Positions 1-8,973 of a DNA stretch of 64,000 nucleotides are shown piece by piece; within the stretch, counting starts at the first letter, position 1, and each line of letters begins with the position of its first letter. The position numbers were made by a program, and so were the translations under genes. The notes beneath the pieces are model-generated. The model did no database searches, was not told where the DNA came from, and saw only the letters and a list, made by a program, of their open reading frames with translations. The stretch lies in sequence record NC_006883.2. One strand, given 5' to 3'.

Positions 1-957
1 ATGGAAACTATTAGAATTGCAGGTGCTCAAATACCTATTAATGATCATGATATTGATTTTAATAAAAAGGAGATACTTAAGGCAATTGATTGGGCAAAGG
101 AAAATGAGGTTGATGAATTATTAACTCCTGAATGTAGTCTTTCTGGATATGGTCCTTCTTGGACTCGTAGAATGCCGCAATTATTTGATGCATTGAAAGA
201 GGTTGAAGAGCATCAAAAAAAATGTGGGGTTGGTCTGCATTTGGGGACTCAACTTTTAAATCATGAAGCTTCTGGTTCAATACAAAGAAATCAAATTAGA
301 CATTATTCTAGCAAGGGTAAACTATATCATTTAACTAATAAAACATTAGTAATTTCAGCAGACGGAGATTGTTTACCTTCCTTTAGACCTACACAACCAT
401 TTGAATTGCCTTCTTGCACTACTCTAGAGAAACCTTATCTTGGTGTGGGTATGGTATGTAATGATATGTGGGGATGTGTTCAGGAACAGGGAATAGATTT
501 TAAACCAGTTAAGTCTTTAAATGAGATTCTAACAACACAGAACGCTGATATTGTATTTCATGCAACAAATGGATATAAAATTTCTGAAGGTATTGCAACA
601 GAAAAGGATTTAATTATTAGAGATACTTTTGATATGTTTCATGAGGGTTTTTTAAGAATGACTGCTTTTAGAGCTCTTGCTACAATAATAACTGTGGATT
701 GTTGCACAGCTTGGAATTGGGAACCTTCATTTGAAGATGGTGGACCAGATGGGGAAAAAGAACCAATGGACAGTCATAAAACAGCAACTCCCAGTGGTGT
801 GATCAATCAATTAGGAGAATGGGTTGTTCAGGCTCCTAGATATGGTCGCCAATATTTTCATTATGACTTACCACTTAACAATAAACTAAAATATAAGGAT
901 TTGGTTTATAGTGGTGGATTGAATGTTATGAATCTATTCAAATATGGTGATAAATGA
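1..957 (+). CDS. Carbon-nitrogen hydrolase (nitrilase superfamily) protein
   Basis: N-terminal IRIAGAQ strand and candidate E-K-C triad: LLTPECSLSGY (Glu), TNKTL (Lys), GMVCNDMW (Cys). Starts at base 1, so the true start could lie upstream. Confidence 0.8.
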   Translation: METIRIAGAQIPINDHDIDFNKKEILKAIDWAKENEVDELLTPECSLSGYGPSWTRRMPQLFDALKEVEEHQKKCGVGLHLGTQLLNHEASGSIQRNQIRHYSSKGKLYHLTNKTLVISADGDCLPSFRPTQPFELPSCTTLEKPYLGVGMVCNDMWGCVQEQGIDFKPVKSLNEILTTQNADIVFHATNGYKISEGIATEKDLIIRDTFDMFHEGFLRMTAFRALATIITVDCCTAWNWEPSFEDGGPDGEKEPMDSHKTATPSGVINQLGEWVVQAPRYGRQYFHYDLPLNNKLKYKDLVYSGGLNVMNLFKYGDK

Positions 958-1550
958 AAGTGACTCCATTTGAGACCTATCAGGCATATCTTGGAATGAA
1001 AAGTCATTTTACTAATCCTAAGTATGACTTTATTAAGTATGGTGGTAAATCTCGTGCTACAATGACATCATTCAATAAAAGGAAAGATAAGTATTGGTTT
1101 GAGAAAACTTCTAGGAAGTATTCAGATCAAGAGGTAATAGATTTTCTTTTATCAAATTTCGTAAACGCTACTAACCCACAAAATTTATGGATTGGAGAAA
1201 TTATCAATTCTGGCGAAAGAACATACGCAGAATGGAAAATGAGGCAACAGAGTTTGACGTATATGTTCACGGAACAATCAGAGAACTTACTCTCAGAGAA
1301 CGACTTAGAGAAAGTATTCAATTGCTCCAAGGGTCACCCTATAGTTCTAAAGAAGTATCTGGGTGGAGAGATCTCACTAGAAACATTATCAATACTGGAA
1401 AAAGTTTTTTCTTTCAAAGGTAAGTTTGATAAAAAACTAAAAGATCCAGTGTGGGAAACCGTAAGTATGAAATTAAAAAAGTATTTACCTTTCCTAAATA
1501 TAAATGTATTCCAATTTAAAAAAATACTAAGGGACATAGTAAATGAGTGA
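954..1550 (+). CDS. gp59: Helicase loader
   Basis: MKVTPFETYQAYLGMKSHFTNPKYDFIKYGGK N-terminus typical of cyanophage gp59; two genes upstream of gp32. Confidence 0.9.
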   Translation: MKVTPFETYQAYLGMKSHFTNPKYDFIKYGGKSRATMTSFNKRKDKYWFEKTSRKYSDQEVIDFLLSNFVNATNPQNLWIGEIINSGERTYAEWKMRQQSLTYMFTEQSENLLSENDLEKVFNCSKGHPIVLKKYLGGEISLETLSILEKVFSFKGKFDKKLKDPVWETVSMKLKKYLPFLNINVFQFKKILRDIVNE

Positions 1551-1875
1551 ATTTTTCAACTCTGATATTATTAAAGATGAATTGATGAAAATCAATCAAC
1601 TACAGGAAGAGGTATATAAACATGCTTTTACCTTTGAAACAATGTCTCGTGATGATCAATTGGATCATATTGAAGATCTAACAGAATTGTTAGATATGCA
1701 AAGGGTTATGTATACAAGGTTATCCTTGTCTGATGATCCTCAAGCAAAGAAAATGAAAGGTGAATTAGAGAAATCGGTTCAATTACTGGGATTCCCAGAA
1801 GGAACTGACATATCAGTATTATTTTCTGGTATGACTCAAACTATTGAAAAACTAAAGCAAATTGCTAAAGGTTGA
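1543..1875 (+). CDS. Conserved cyanophage/cyanobacterial helical protein (DUF1825-like)
   Basis: FFNSDIIKDEL...QRVMYTRLSLSDDPQA pattern; usual position between gp59 and gp32. Confidence 0.7.
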   Translation: MSEFFNSDIIKDELMKINQLQEEVYKHAFTFETMSRDDQLDHIEDLTELLDMQRVMYTRLSLSDDPQAKKMKGELEKSVQLLGFPEGTDISVLFSGMTQTIEKLKQIAKG

Positions 1876-1900
1876 CACTCAATAGTAACTTTGTTATAAT
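1872..1900 (+). promoter_or_regulatory. Sigma70-type promoter for gp32
   Basis: TTGACA (1872-1877), 17 bp, TATAAT (1895-1900). Confidence 0.9.
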
Positions 1901-1942
1901 AAAACCAATCAAATTAAATCCAAATTAATCCGAGGAAATCCA
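1901..1942 (+). promoter_or_regulatory. Candidate gp32 translational autorepression operator
   Basis: G-free A/T/C tract 1894-1931 with tandem CAAATTAAATC / CAAATTAATC repeats just before the GAGG SD. Confidence 0.5.
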
Positions 1943-2836
1943 ATGTCGTTTGCTAAACTCAAAAAGCAATCAAAACTAGGCTCTCTTACACAAAAACTTG
2001 TGAAGGAAGTCGAAAAGATGAATAACACAGGTGGTCAAGGTGATGACCGTCTATGGAAACTAGAAGTAGATAAAGGTGGTAACGGTTATGACGTTATTCG
2101 TTTCCTTCCTGCTCCTGATGGTGAAGATCTACCATTTGTAAAGTTATACTCCCACGCCTTCCAAGGTCCTGGTGGATGGTATATCGAGAACTCTCTAACT
2201 ACATTAGGGCAGAAAGATCCAGTATCTGAGTTCAACTCACAACTCTGGAACAATGGAACGGACGCAGGTAAAGATACTGCTCGTAAGCAAAAGCGTAAAC
2301 TTACTTATATCAGCAACATTTATGTTGTAAAAGATCCAGCAAATCCTGAGAACGAAGGTAAGACATTCTTATACAAGTATGGTAAGAAAATCTTTGACAA
2401 ACTAACTGCAGCAATGCAGCCTGAGTTTGAGGATGAGGAAGCAATTGATCCATTCGATTTCTGGCAAGGTGCTAACTTCAAGTTGAAGGCAAAGAACGTT
2501 GCTGGTTATCGTAATTATGACTCTTCTGAGTTCGCTGCCACTAGTGCATTACTAGATGATGACGATGCTATGGAAGCAATCTGGAAAAAGGAGTATTCCT
2601 TAGCAGAATTAGTTGCTACTGATCAGTTTAAGTCATATGATGAACTCAAGACTCGTCTTGGTTATGTTCTTGGCAATAAGCCAGTTCGTAATGATGCTGA
2701 AACTGTAGAGCAAGAAGTTGAAGATGTGAGAGCATCTGCTCCTGTTGTTGAGACAGTAGAATCTGTATCTAGATCTTCTGCTACAGAAGATGAAGATGAT
2801 ACACTATCATACTTTGCTAAACTAGCAGAATCGTGA
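1943..2836 (+). CDS. gp32: Single-stranded DNA-binding protein
   Basis: IRFLPAP, YSHAFQGPGGWYIENSLTTLG, KYGKKIFDK, FDFWQGANFKLK motifs and acidic C-tail (EDEDDTLSYFAKLAES). Confidence 0.97.
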   Translation: MSFAKLKKQSKLGSLTQKLVKEVEKMNNTGGQGDDRLWKLEVDKGGNGYDVIRFLPAPDGEDLPFVKLYSHAFQGPGGWYIENSLTTLGQKDPVSEFNSQLWNNGTDAGKDTARKQKRKLTYISNIYVVKDPANPENEGKTFLYKYGKKIFDKLTAAMQPEFEDEEAIDPFDFWQGANFKLKAKNVAGYRNYDSSEFAATSALLDDDDAMEAIWKKEYSLAELVATDQFKSYDELKTRLGYVLGNKPVRNDAETVEQEVEDVRASAPVVETVESVSRSSATEDEDDTLSYFAKLAES

Positions 2837-2862
2837 TATAATCATATTTTCTAGTTCTTATA

Positions 2863-2885
2863 AGACCCCTTCGGGGGTCTTTTTT
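2863..2885 (+). terminator. Rho-independent terminator between convergent gp32 and gp53
   Basis: AGACCCC-TTCG-GGGGTCT followed by TTTTT. Confidence 0.9.
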
Positions 2886-3609
2886 ATTGCACTAAATTAT
2901 TATTTTCTGTTGATATAAGAGTTTCTGAAATATATTGAGTATTTCTATCATACTTCATGATTCTATTGAAATCATTTATAAACATTTGAACAAACTCTCT
3001 TTTTAGAGGTCTTATCTTTCTTTTTGTTTCATTCTTTAAAGTTTCATATTCATAGTTAGATATTCCAACTACAGGTGAGATTGTTTGTCCTGTATAGGAT
3101 GTTCTCATTCCTCCATTCTCAGAATACCAACTATTAGCAGATCCACCTAATCGTGCGGCAGGTCCATCAATTTTAAAAGGTCTACCGCCAGATACATCAT
3201 GTTCTACTATTTGACCTGCTGGTAATATTAATCGATCATTCTGATCTCTTATTTCTAGAGTTTCATAATGATGAATTGCATTTAATCCTGCAAGACCATA
3301 TTTGTCTTCAGCATATTCATATACCTCTTTATTTGATAGTGGCCACTCATCTCTGATATTGGTTATGCCACAAGAGATAATAACAATATAATCTAAGTTT
3401 GGATCTCCGTAGATATCTTCAGCAACAGTATCAGGTCTAGCACCATCAGCAACTAGAAATACATTAAAAACTGTTGTTTCTTTAGTTAACCAGTCTAATA
3501 TCTTATTTTTACGAAATAGATTTTTTATTAGAACATAATCGGTTGATGATTTTTTATCTAATAATGGTGATGGATACCTTACATTAGGTAAATGTTTTAA
3601 ATATGCCAT
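2884..3609 (-). CDS. gp53: Baseplate wedge subunit
   Basis: MAYLKHLPNVRY, GARPDTVAEDIYGDPNLDYIV (LysM-like), EWPLSN, IHHYET, SNYEYE..KNETKRKI motifs. Confidence 0.9.
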   Translation of the reverse strand: MAYLKHLPNVRYPSPLLDKKSSTDYVLIKNLFRKNKILDWLTKETTVFNVFLVADGARPDTVAEDIYGDPNLDYIVIISCGITNIRDEWPLSNKEVYEYAEDKYGLAGLNAIHHYETLEIRDQNDRLILPAGQIVEHDVSGGRPFKIDGPAARLGGSANSWYSENGGMRTSYTGQTISPVVGISNYEYETLKNETKRKIRPLKREFVQMFINDFNRIMKYDRNTQYISETLISTENNNLVQ

Positions 3610-4769
3610 TAGTATCCAACTCCTCCAGGTACTTTTTTGTAATCTTCTTCGTATATTGGATTTGTTTCTTTAAATGACATACCAACTTTCATATGAACTG
3701 GAGTTGAGTCATCTCCTCCAGTACCATAAGAAGCATAAGTTCCTGCACCTGTATAGTTAACTGAGAATGATGTTAATGCACAAGGTTTAAATGAATTTAA
3801 GAACGGGTGTTTTTTCCCACCACTTCTATATTCTAGTAAAAATAAATCTGGTGAATTTATAAGAGCACCACCAGCACCAGTTTCTTCACCCTTTTTAGGA
3901 GCCATTGCCATTTTTAATGATCTAATGATTGTCATTGCTCTTTTACCTTCATCAGCACTTCTGGGTGTAAATGTAAAGTCAAATTTAAATTCTCTTAGGT
4001 TAACACCATCAAATAATAATTCTTTATTTTCATTTAGTATCTTCCCCATTCCTCTTGACATTACACTATTGGGTGTAACATTACCACCAAATTGATTAAC
4101 TGCAAGACCAGCTAGAGATGATCTGATAGCACCTTGCATTTCTTCAGTACCACCAATTTCTGAAAGGTCTGAACCTTTAACTAAATTATCTAATATTTTT
4201 TGAATATTACCCATAGTATCAATTGGTTGTGACATAAGACCTGTAGCTAAATCTAAACCTGCTAAGGTGAATAGATTCATAGAATTACCAGACCAGATGC
4301 AAGAATTACCATCATTAACTTGTTTTGGTATTGGTAGTTCTACATAAAATTTTGTCTTCTTCTTCATCTCATCTGTACGGGCATCCATGCCAGTATTAGT
4401 CATTCTGAATGTCTTGCCATCAAATAGGTTTAGTCCTTTACCTTTACTATTATCAATGCTACCATCTTCTTTAGTTGCTAAACCTACAAATTTTCCATCA
4501 TCACCTTTTGCACCAATTTCATTTGTTAATTGACCTTGTTGCTTTTCATTTAACTTAAGTTGAAGTCCCTCTCCTTCAGCAGGTGGGAGGTATTTTACAC
4601 ATTGTATTAAAAAAGTATCTTCACTCTTTGGATTAGTCGCTCTAGCTAATGGATAACTAAGAAAAAATTCTTTATTTGGTTTAAATTTACCAACTTCGGG
4701 TGGTTTAGGTTCTCCAGTTTCATACTGACGAGATCCATCTACTCCTGAATATATTGCACCTGGTAGCAT
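3609..4769 (-). CDS. gp48: Baseplate tail tube cap
   Basis: VELPIPKQVND, ILNENKELLFDGVNLREFKFDFTFTPRS, SFKPCALTSFSVNYT, SFKETNPIY motifs. Confidence 0.85.
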   Translation of the reverse strand: MLPGAIYSGVDGSRQYETGEPKPPEVGKFKPNKEFFLSYPLARATNPKSEDTFLIQCVKYLPPAEGEGLQLKLNEKQQGQLTNEIGAKGDDGKFVGLATKEDGSIDNSKGKGLNLFDGKTFRMTNTGMDARTDEMKKKTKFYVELPIPKQVNDGNSCIWSGNSMNLFTLAGLDLATGLMSQPIDTMGNIQKILDNLVKGSDLSEIGGTEEMQGAIRSSLAGLAVNQFGGNVTPNSVMSRGMGKILNENKELLFDGVNLREFKFDFTFTPRSADEGKRAMTIIRSLKMAMAPKKGEETGAGGALINSPDLFLLEYRSGGKKHPFLNSFKPCALTSFSVNYTGAGTYASYGTGGDDSTPVHMKVGMSFKETNPIYEEDYKKVPGGVGY

Positions 4770-4791
4770 TTATCGACCTATTTAAGTATTA

Positions 4792-5139
4792 TCAGCTATT
4801 TATACGGAATCTTGCGAAAGGAATACCATCAAGGTCAGATAGTTCATCATTAGATATTTCATATAGACCACCAGGTACTTCATTCCAAGTATAATTTCTA
4901 TGATCGTTCCAATGAAAGTTAATTCCTTTGAATCCCCATTCATATACTCCAGTTACACCAACTAGAGGATTTTGGTCATACCTTATATTAGGGGTTTTTG
5001 GATTATATACAAAGACATAGAACTTTCCTACTTCAGGTGTTTTACCACCTTCTTGTAAGACACCCATAATTTCCATCATTAAATCATCAGCATCTTCCGT
5101 GCCGATTAAGTTATCACGTATGTCTTTAACTCTACTCAT
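4792..5139 (-). CDS. Short gp2 (DNA end protector)-like protein
   Basis: FYVFVYNPKT..RYDQNPLV...GFKGINFH resembles the gp2 core motif; directly downstream of gp4. Confidence 0.55.
   Translation of the reverse strand: MSRVKDIRDNLIGTEDADDLMMEIMGVLQEGGKTPEVGKFYVFVYNPKTPNIRYDQNPLVGVTGVYEWGFKGINFHWNDHRNYTWNEVPGGLYEISNDELSDLDGIPFARFRINS
4797..4804 (-). promoter_or_regulatory. T4-type late promoter for gp48-gp53
   Basis: TATTTATA on plus = TATAAATA on minus, about 28 nt upstream of the gp48 start. Confidence 0.7.
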
Positions 5140-5573
5140 TTAATTCCTAGTTCTTTTTCAGTAATCACTTTGAATTCCCATTGTCTATCAGCACAATATT
5201 CTCTTGCTTCTTTCCATTTTGTTTGATTTGTAGCATACGTATATGCTTCTTTTATATAACGTGGTGTTTGGCGTTTTGGTTTTTTAGGTGGACTACATTG
5301 CTTTAAAGGTTTAACCTCTATTACATATTTTTTTATACTACCATCAGTTTCTTTTACCTTCATATAGAAATCTGGAAAGTATCTGTGTTGACGATTATCA
5401 ACTGGAGATATGTAAGGTATTACAATTTCTTCACTTGCCCATTCTAATACATTTGCATTCTTATCACAGTAAACCATAAATTTTCTTTCCCACAATGATC
5501 TAAAAGTTATATTTGTAGGATCACCTTTATACTTGTGAGGAAAAGTTGGATAATACTTTCCTTTATAAGCCAT
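5136..5573 (-). CDS. gp4: Head completion protein (TnsA-like nuclease fold)
   Basis: MAYKGKY, RSLWERKFMVYCD, LEWASEE, RYFPDFY, IEVKP, NQTKWKEA motifs. Confidence 0.93.
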   Translation of the reverse strand: MAYKGKYYPTFPHKYKGDPTNITFRSLWERKFMVYCDKNANVLEWASEEIVIPYISPVDNRQHRYFPDFYMKVKETDGSIKKYVIEVKPLKQCSPPKKPKRQTPRYIKEAYTYATNQTKWKEAREYCADRQWEFKVITEKELGIK

Positions 5574-5605
5574 CTAAATAGAAATGATATAATACATTTA
5601 TTTAG
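5574..5605. promoter_or_regulatory. Face-to-face pair of late promoters (gp4 / gp54)
   Basis: CTAAATA on plus (5574-5580) and CTAAATA on minus (5605-5599) in a 33-bp intergenic inverted repeat. Confidence 0.6.
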
Positions 5606-5606
5606 A

Positions 5607-6440
5607 GTGTCAAGACCAAGACCAAAGAAAATATCTCAAATATTACCTAAGTTCCAGAATGTTGCTCAAACTTCTCATTACTTAGTTCAGTTTGGTCTTC
5701 CGAGTTCTGGTAGACTGCGAAGACATTTACAAACTAGAGGTATAGATTCTAGATTCCATTCAGAGGATATAGGATTACTTTGTAATGCTGCTGTTTTACC
5801 TGGATCTAGTTTTGCTACAGAGGTGGTTAATGGTGAATATCAAGGTGTAACTGAAACAGTACCTCATACTAGGAATTTTACAAGAATTAAGTTAGAGTTT
5901 TATGTTGATAATGAATATAAATCTCTTAAGTTCTTAGAACATTGGATGGAGTTTATTACTGGGGCATCATTGACAAGTCCAATGGAAACTGCATATAATT
6001 TTAGATTAAACTATCCAGAACATTATAGATCACAGTCAACAAAAATTATAAAATTTGAAAAAAATTATAGACAAACTCTTGAATATAATTTTAGAGGTTT
6101 ATTTCCCGTTGCATTGGATTCTGTTAGGGTGCAGTATCAAAATTCAACTGTTCTAAAAGCATCTTGTTCTTTTGCCTATGAAAGATATATTTGTGGAAAG
6201 GCAAGTTCTTTCGCTAAAGATCAAGGAAGTGATCAGAATAAAAAATCTATCGATTCTCATAAATTTAATCCTGGTAAATCTGCTAGTATTTTAAATCCAG
6301 GTGTTGCTGGTAATGATCAGAGATTACAAGAATTAAAAGATCCTAACGTATTTAATACTAAATCTAATCTTGCTGCTGGTGCTTATTTTGGAGCTGATCC
6401 TAATATAGGAAATCTTATTAGTGAGGGATATTACGGATGA
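5607..6440 (+). CDS. gp54: Tail tube initiator / baseplate subunit
   Basis: LLCNAAVLPGSSFAT, IKLEFYVD, FLEHWMEFI, FRGLFPVAL..V (gp19/gp54 tube fold). Start moved to GTG 5607; the track start at 5535 overlaps gp4. Confidence 0.7.
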   Translation: MSRPRPKKISQILPKFQNVAQTSHYLVQFGLPSSGRLRRHLQTRGIDSRFHSEDIGLLCNAAVLPGSSFATEVVNGEYQGVTETVPHTRNFTRIKLEFYVDNEYKSLKFLEHWMEFITGASLTSPMETAYNFRLNYPEHYRSQSTKIIKFEKNYRQTLEYNFRGLFPVALDSVRVQYQNSTVLKASCSFAYERYICGKASSFAKDQGSDQNKKSIDSHKFNPGKSASILNPGVAGNDQRLQELKDPNVFNTKSNLAAGAYFGADPNIGNLISEGYYG

Positions 6441-6463
6441 TAAATTAAACTTCAAATTACCCC

Positions 6464-6471
6464 TATAAATA
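6464..6471 (+). promoter_or_regulatory. T4 late promoter
   Basis: Exact TATAAATA 23 nt before the gp26 ATG. Confidence 0.85.
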
Positions 6472-6494
6472 AAACTACTTGAACTGAGCTTATT

Positions 6495-7214
6495 ATGCCT
6501 TTACCAAAAATTTCGACTCCTTCTTATGAATTAGTTATTCCTTCTAATAAGAAGAAAATTAAATTTAGACCTTTTTTAGTTAAAGAAGAAAAGGTTTTAA
6601 TTATTGCTATGGAGAGTCAGGATAACAAACAAATAGCAAATGCTATTAAAGATGTTCTTTCTGCTTGTATTTTGACTAGAGGTGTTAAAATTAATGATCT
6701 CTCTACATTTGATATTGAATATCTCTTCCTTAACATTCGTGGTAAGTCTGTTGGAGAAGAAGTTGAAGTTATGGTTACTTGTCCTGATGATGGGGAAACC
6801 CAAGTTCCTACAGTCATTAATTTAGATGATATAAAGGTTCAGGTAAATGATAAACATAGTCAGGATATTGTATTAGATGGTGAGTATACTTTGAGAATGA
6901 AATATCCATCAATGGAAGAGTTTATTAAAACTAATTTCTCTTCTGATGGTGAAGTGGCTGTTGATGATACATTTAAATTGATTGCATCTTGTGTGGAGCA
7001 AGTTTATTCTGAAGAAGAATCTTGGGCTGGTGCTGATTGTACAAAGAAAGAATTGTCTGATTTTGTAGAATCACTTAATTCAAAGCAATTCAAAGATATT
7101 GAAAGATTCTTTGATACTATGCCTAAATTGTCACATACTGTTAAGGTGACTAATCCGAAAACAAAAAAGGAAAATGAAGTTGTGTTGGAGGGATTGCAGA
7201 GTTTTTTCGTATAA
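6495..7214 (+). CDS. gp26: Baseplate hub subunit / assembly chaperone
   Basis: MPLPKISTPSYEL, KFRPFLVKEEKVL, FDIEYLFLNIRGKSVGE, LEGLQSFF motifs. Confidence 0.92.
   Translation: MPLPKISTPSYELVIPSNKKKIKFRPFLVKEEKVLIIAMESQDNKQIANAIKDVLSACILTRGVKINDLSTFDIEYLFLNIRGKSVGEEVEVMVTCPDDGETQVPTVINLDDIKVQVNDKHSQDIVLDGEYTLRMKYPSMEEFIKTNFSSDGEVAVDDTFKLIASCVEQVYSEEESWAGADCTKKELSDFVESLNSKQFKDIERFFDTMPKLSHTVKVTNPKTKKENEVVLEGLQSFFV
7202..7208 (+). other. Candidate -1 ribosomal frameshift heptamer T TTT TTC
   Basis: In X XXY YYZ register with the gp26 frame; the -1 frame is open straight into the gp51 ATG at 7217. Confidence 0.45.
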
Positions 7215-7216
7215 GT

Positions 7217-7390
7217 ATGGCTCATGAAGATCTTGAGTCATACTATAAGATTAATTTTGCATTGATGCAACACCATAAATATAGCTTAACAGAGTTAGAA
7301 AATATGATGCCGTGGGAGAGAGAAATCTATCTCGCTCTTTTACAGCAATATATTGAAGAAGAAAACTTAAAGCAGCAACAAAATGGCTGA
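7217..7390 (+). CDS. gp51: Baseplate hub assembly catalyst (57 aa; not in ORF track)
   Basis: MAHEDLESYYKINFALMQHHKYSLTELENMMPWEREIYLALLQQYIEEENLKQQQNG, read directly from the DNA. Confidence 0.9.
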   Translation: MAHEDLESYYKINFALMQHHKYSLTELENMMPWEREIYLALLQQYIEEENLKQQQNG

Positions 7391-8972
7391 GATAAATTCA
7401 CCAATATCAGGAGGGATACGTGCAGTAAGACGTAACGTTTCTTCTAACATCTTTACGGGTGGTGGTGTCATAAAACAGAAGCAAGATTCTGTAGCATCTA
7501 ATGCGACTTTTAGAAATTCTGTATTGTTGGGAAATATTTCTAAGCAAGTTGATAATGTAAGTGTACAAACTGGTATATTAAATAAGGCATTACAAGTAAT
7601 ATCAGCAAATTTAGCAACTAGTTCTGCTTTAGATAGGAAAAGACAAGAAGCAAATGCTAGGAGAGAGCAACAGTTAATAGAAGGTGGATTAAGGGACGGA
7701 AAAGAAAGAGCGATAGAAAATAATATTCAAAAAGCTCTTATGGCTCCTATTAAGAAAATAGGTGCTAAAGTTCAATTAGGATTGGGTAAATTAATTAATG
7801 TATTCTTTATATTAACTGGTGGTTGGTTAATAAACAAAACTATTGATATGCTTAGAGCTCTAAGTGGTGATAATCAAGAAAAGTTTGTAAAGATAAGGAA
7901 TGATTTAATAAAAGGATTGTTAATTATAACTGGAACAGTTGCACTCTTTACTGCGGCTTTTGGTGGATTAGGTCTAGGTTTAGGTAAACTTGGAATAGCA
8001 TTAGCGACAGTTGCCCTTGGGGGTATGCTTGGAAATCCGTTAATGAAGTTGAAAAATGCCATATTTGGAACGGCTAATAAAGCAAAGGATATGGTTGGTG
8101 GTGCTGCTCCTTCTACAACGGGCGGTTCTAAATCTACGACAACAACACCTGGTAAAGGAAATACTAAGAGTGGAATTAAACCTAAAGGTGGTGGATTAGC
8201 TGCTCCTAGTAAGTTTTCATTATTCATTACTACTATGTTCGGAGCAAAGAACGTATTAGAAGGAAAACCATTTCAATATGAAGTTGTAGATCAAGGATTG
8301 GGGTATGGTGCGGCTAGTGTTGGTGGTATGCTTGGTAGTAAAGTTCCTGGACCTGCTTGGTTTAAGGCACTAGCAGGTGTAGTTACTAGTATAATTTTCT
8401 TTAATGAAGGTTACAAATTTAGGGGTGGAGCTCAAGATGCAATAGGCGAAAAGAAATTAACAGAACTTCAGGAAGATTTGGAATCAGGTGGTATTTCGCC
8501 TGGAATGATGAGTCCTATAACGGATGAAGATTTACTTTATGATCTTGTAGATCAGAGACCACGAAGAGAAGATTTTAAGATAGGTGGAAGTGGAACACGG
8601 GAATATAAGAGAGCTTTAGAAGAATTTGAAGCAGCTAATGGTGCTAGGATATTAGAATTAAAGGGTAGAGTTGACGCACAGAAAAATGAAACTAATATTG
8701 ATCCAGTAGAAAAGCAAGAAGCAAAGATTGAACCATCAACTACTAAAAAGGAACAAACTAAGAATTTATCTAAAGAATTAGGTTCTTTAGAAGAACCTTC
8801 TCCTAGTATAATTCCATTTCCCAGTGGGGGTGAAGGTGCTGATCCTAATGCAGTAGGAGGAAATGTTGCTGCTGGTGGTGTTGGTGGAGGTGTTCCTGTT
8901 ATACCTGCATCAAACAAAGATAATAGTTATGTATTTCTTGCATTCAAAAACTATCAGGTAGTTCCAGGTTAA
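7383..8972 (+). CDS. Tape-measure/baseplate hub-like protein 1
   Basis: Coiled-coil N-half, hydrophobic Gly/Ala helices, low-complexity tail; follows gp26-gp51. Confidence 0.5.
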   Translation: MAEINSPISGGIRAVRRNVSSNIFTGGGVIKQKQDSVASNATFRNSVLLGNISKQVDNVSVQTGILNKALQVISANLATSSALDRKRQEANARREQQLIEGGLRDGKERAIENNIQKALMAPIKKIGAKVQLGLGKLINVFFILTGGWLINKTIDMLRALSGDNQEKFVKIRNDLIKGLLIITGTVALFTAAFGGLGLGLGKLGIALATVALGGMLGNPLMKLKNAIFGTANKAKDMVGGAAPSTTGGSKSTTTTPGKGNTKSGIKPKGGGLAAPSKFSLFITTMFGAKNVLEGKPFQYEVVDQGLGYGAASVGGMLGSKVPGPAWFKALAGVVTSIIFFNEGYKFRGGAQDAIGEKKLTELQEDLESGGISPGMMSPITDEDLLYDLVDQRPRREDFKIGGSGTREYKRALEEFEAANGARILELKGRVDAQKNETNIDPVEKQEAKIEPSTTKKEQTKNLSKELGSLEEPSPSIIPFPSGGEGADPNAVGGNVAAGGVGGGVPVIPASNKDNSYVFLAFKNYQVVPG

Positions 8973-8973
8973 T

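Noticed and set aside
5136-5573. TnsA-like nuclease as a transposon or homing endonuclease
   Set aside because: This is the core head-completion gene gp4 in its normal context.
5535-5606. ORF-track N-terminal extension of gp54
   Set aside because: It overlaps the gp4 start on the other strand and lies upstream of the late promoter; GTG 5607 fits better.
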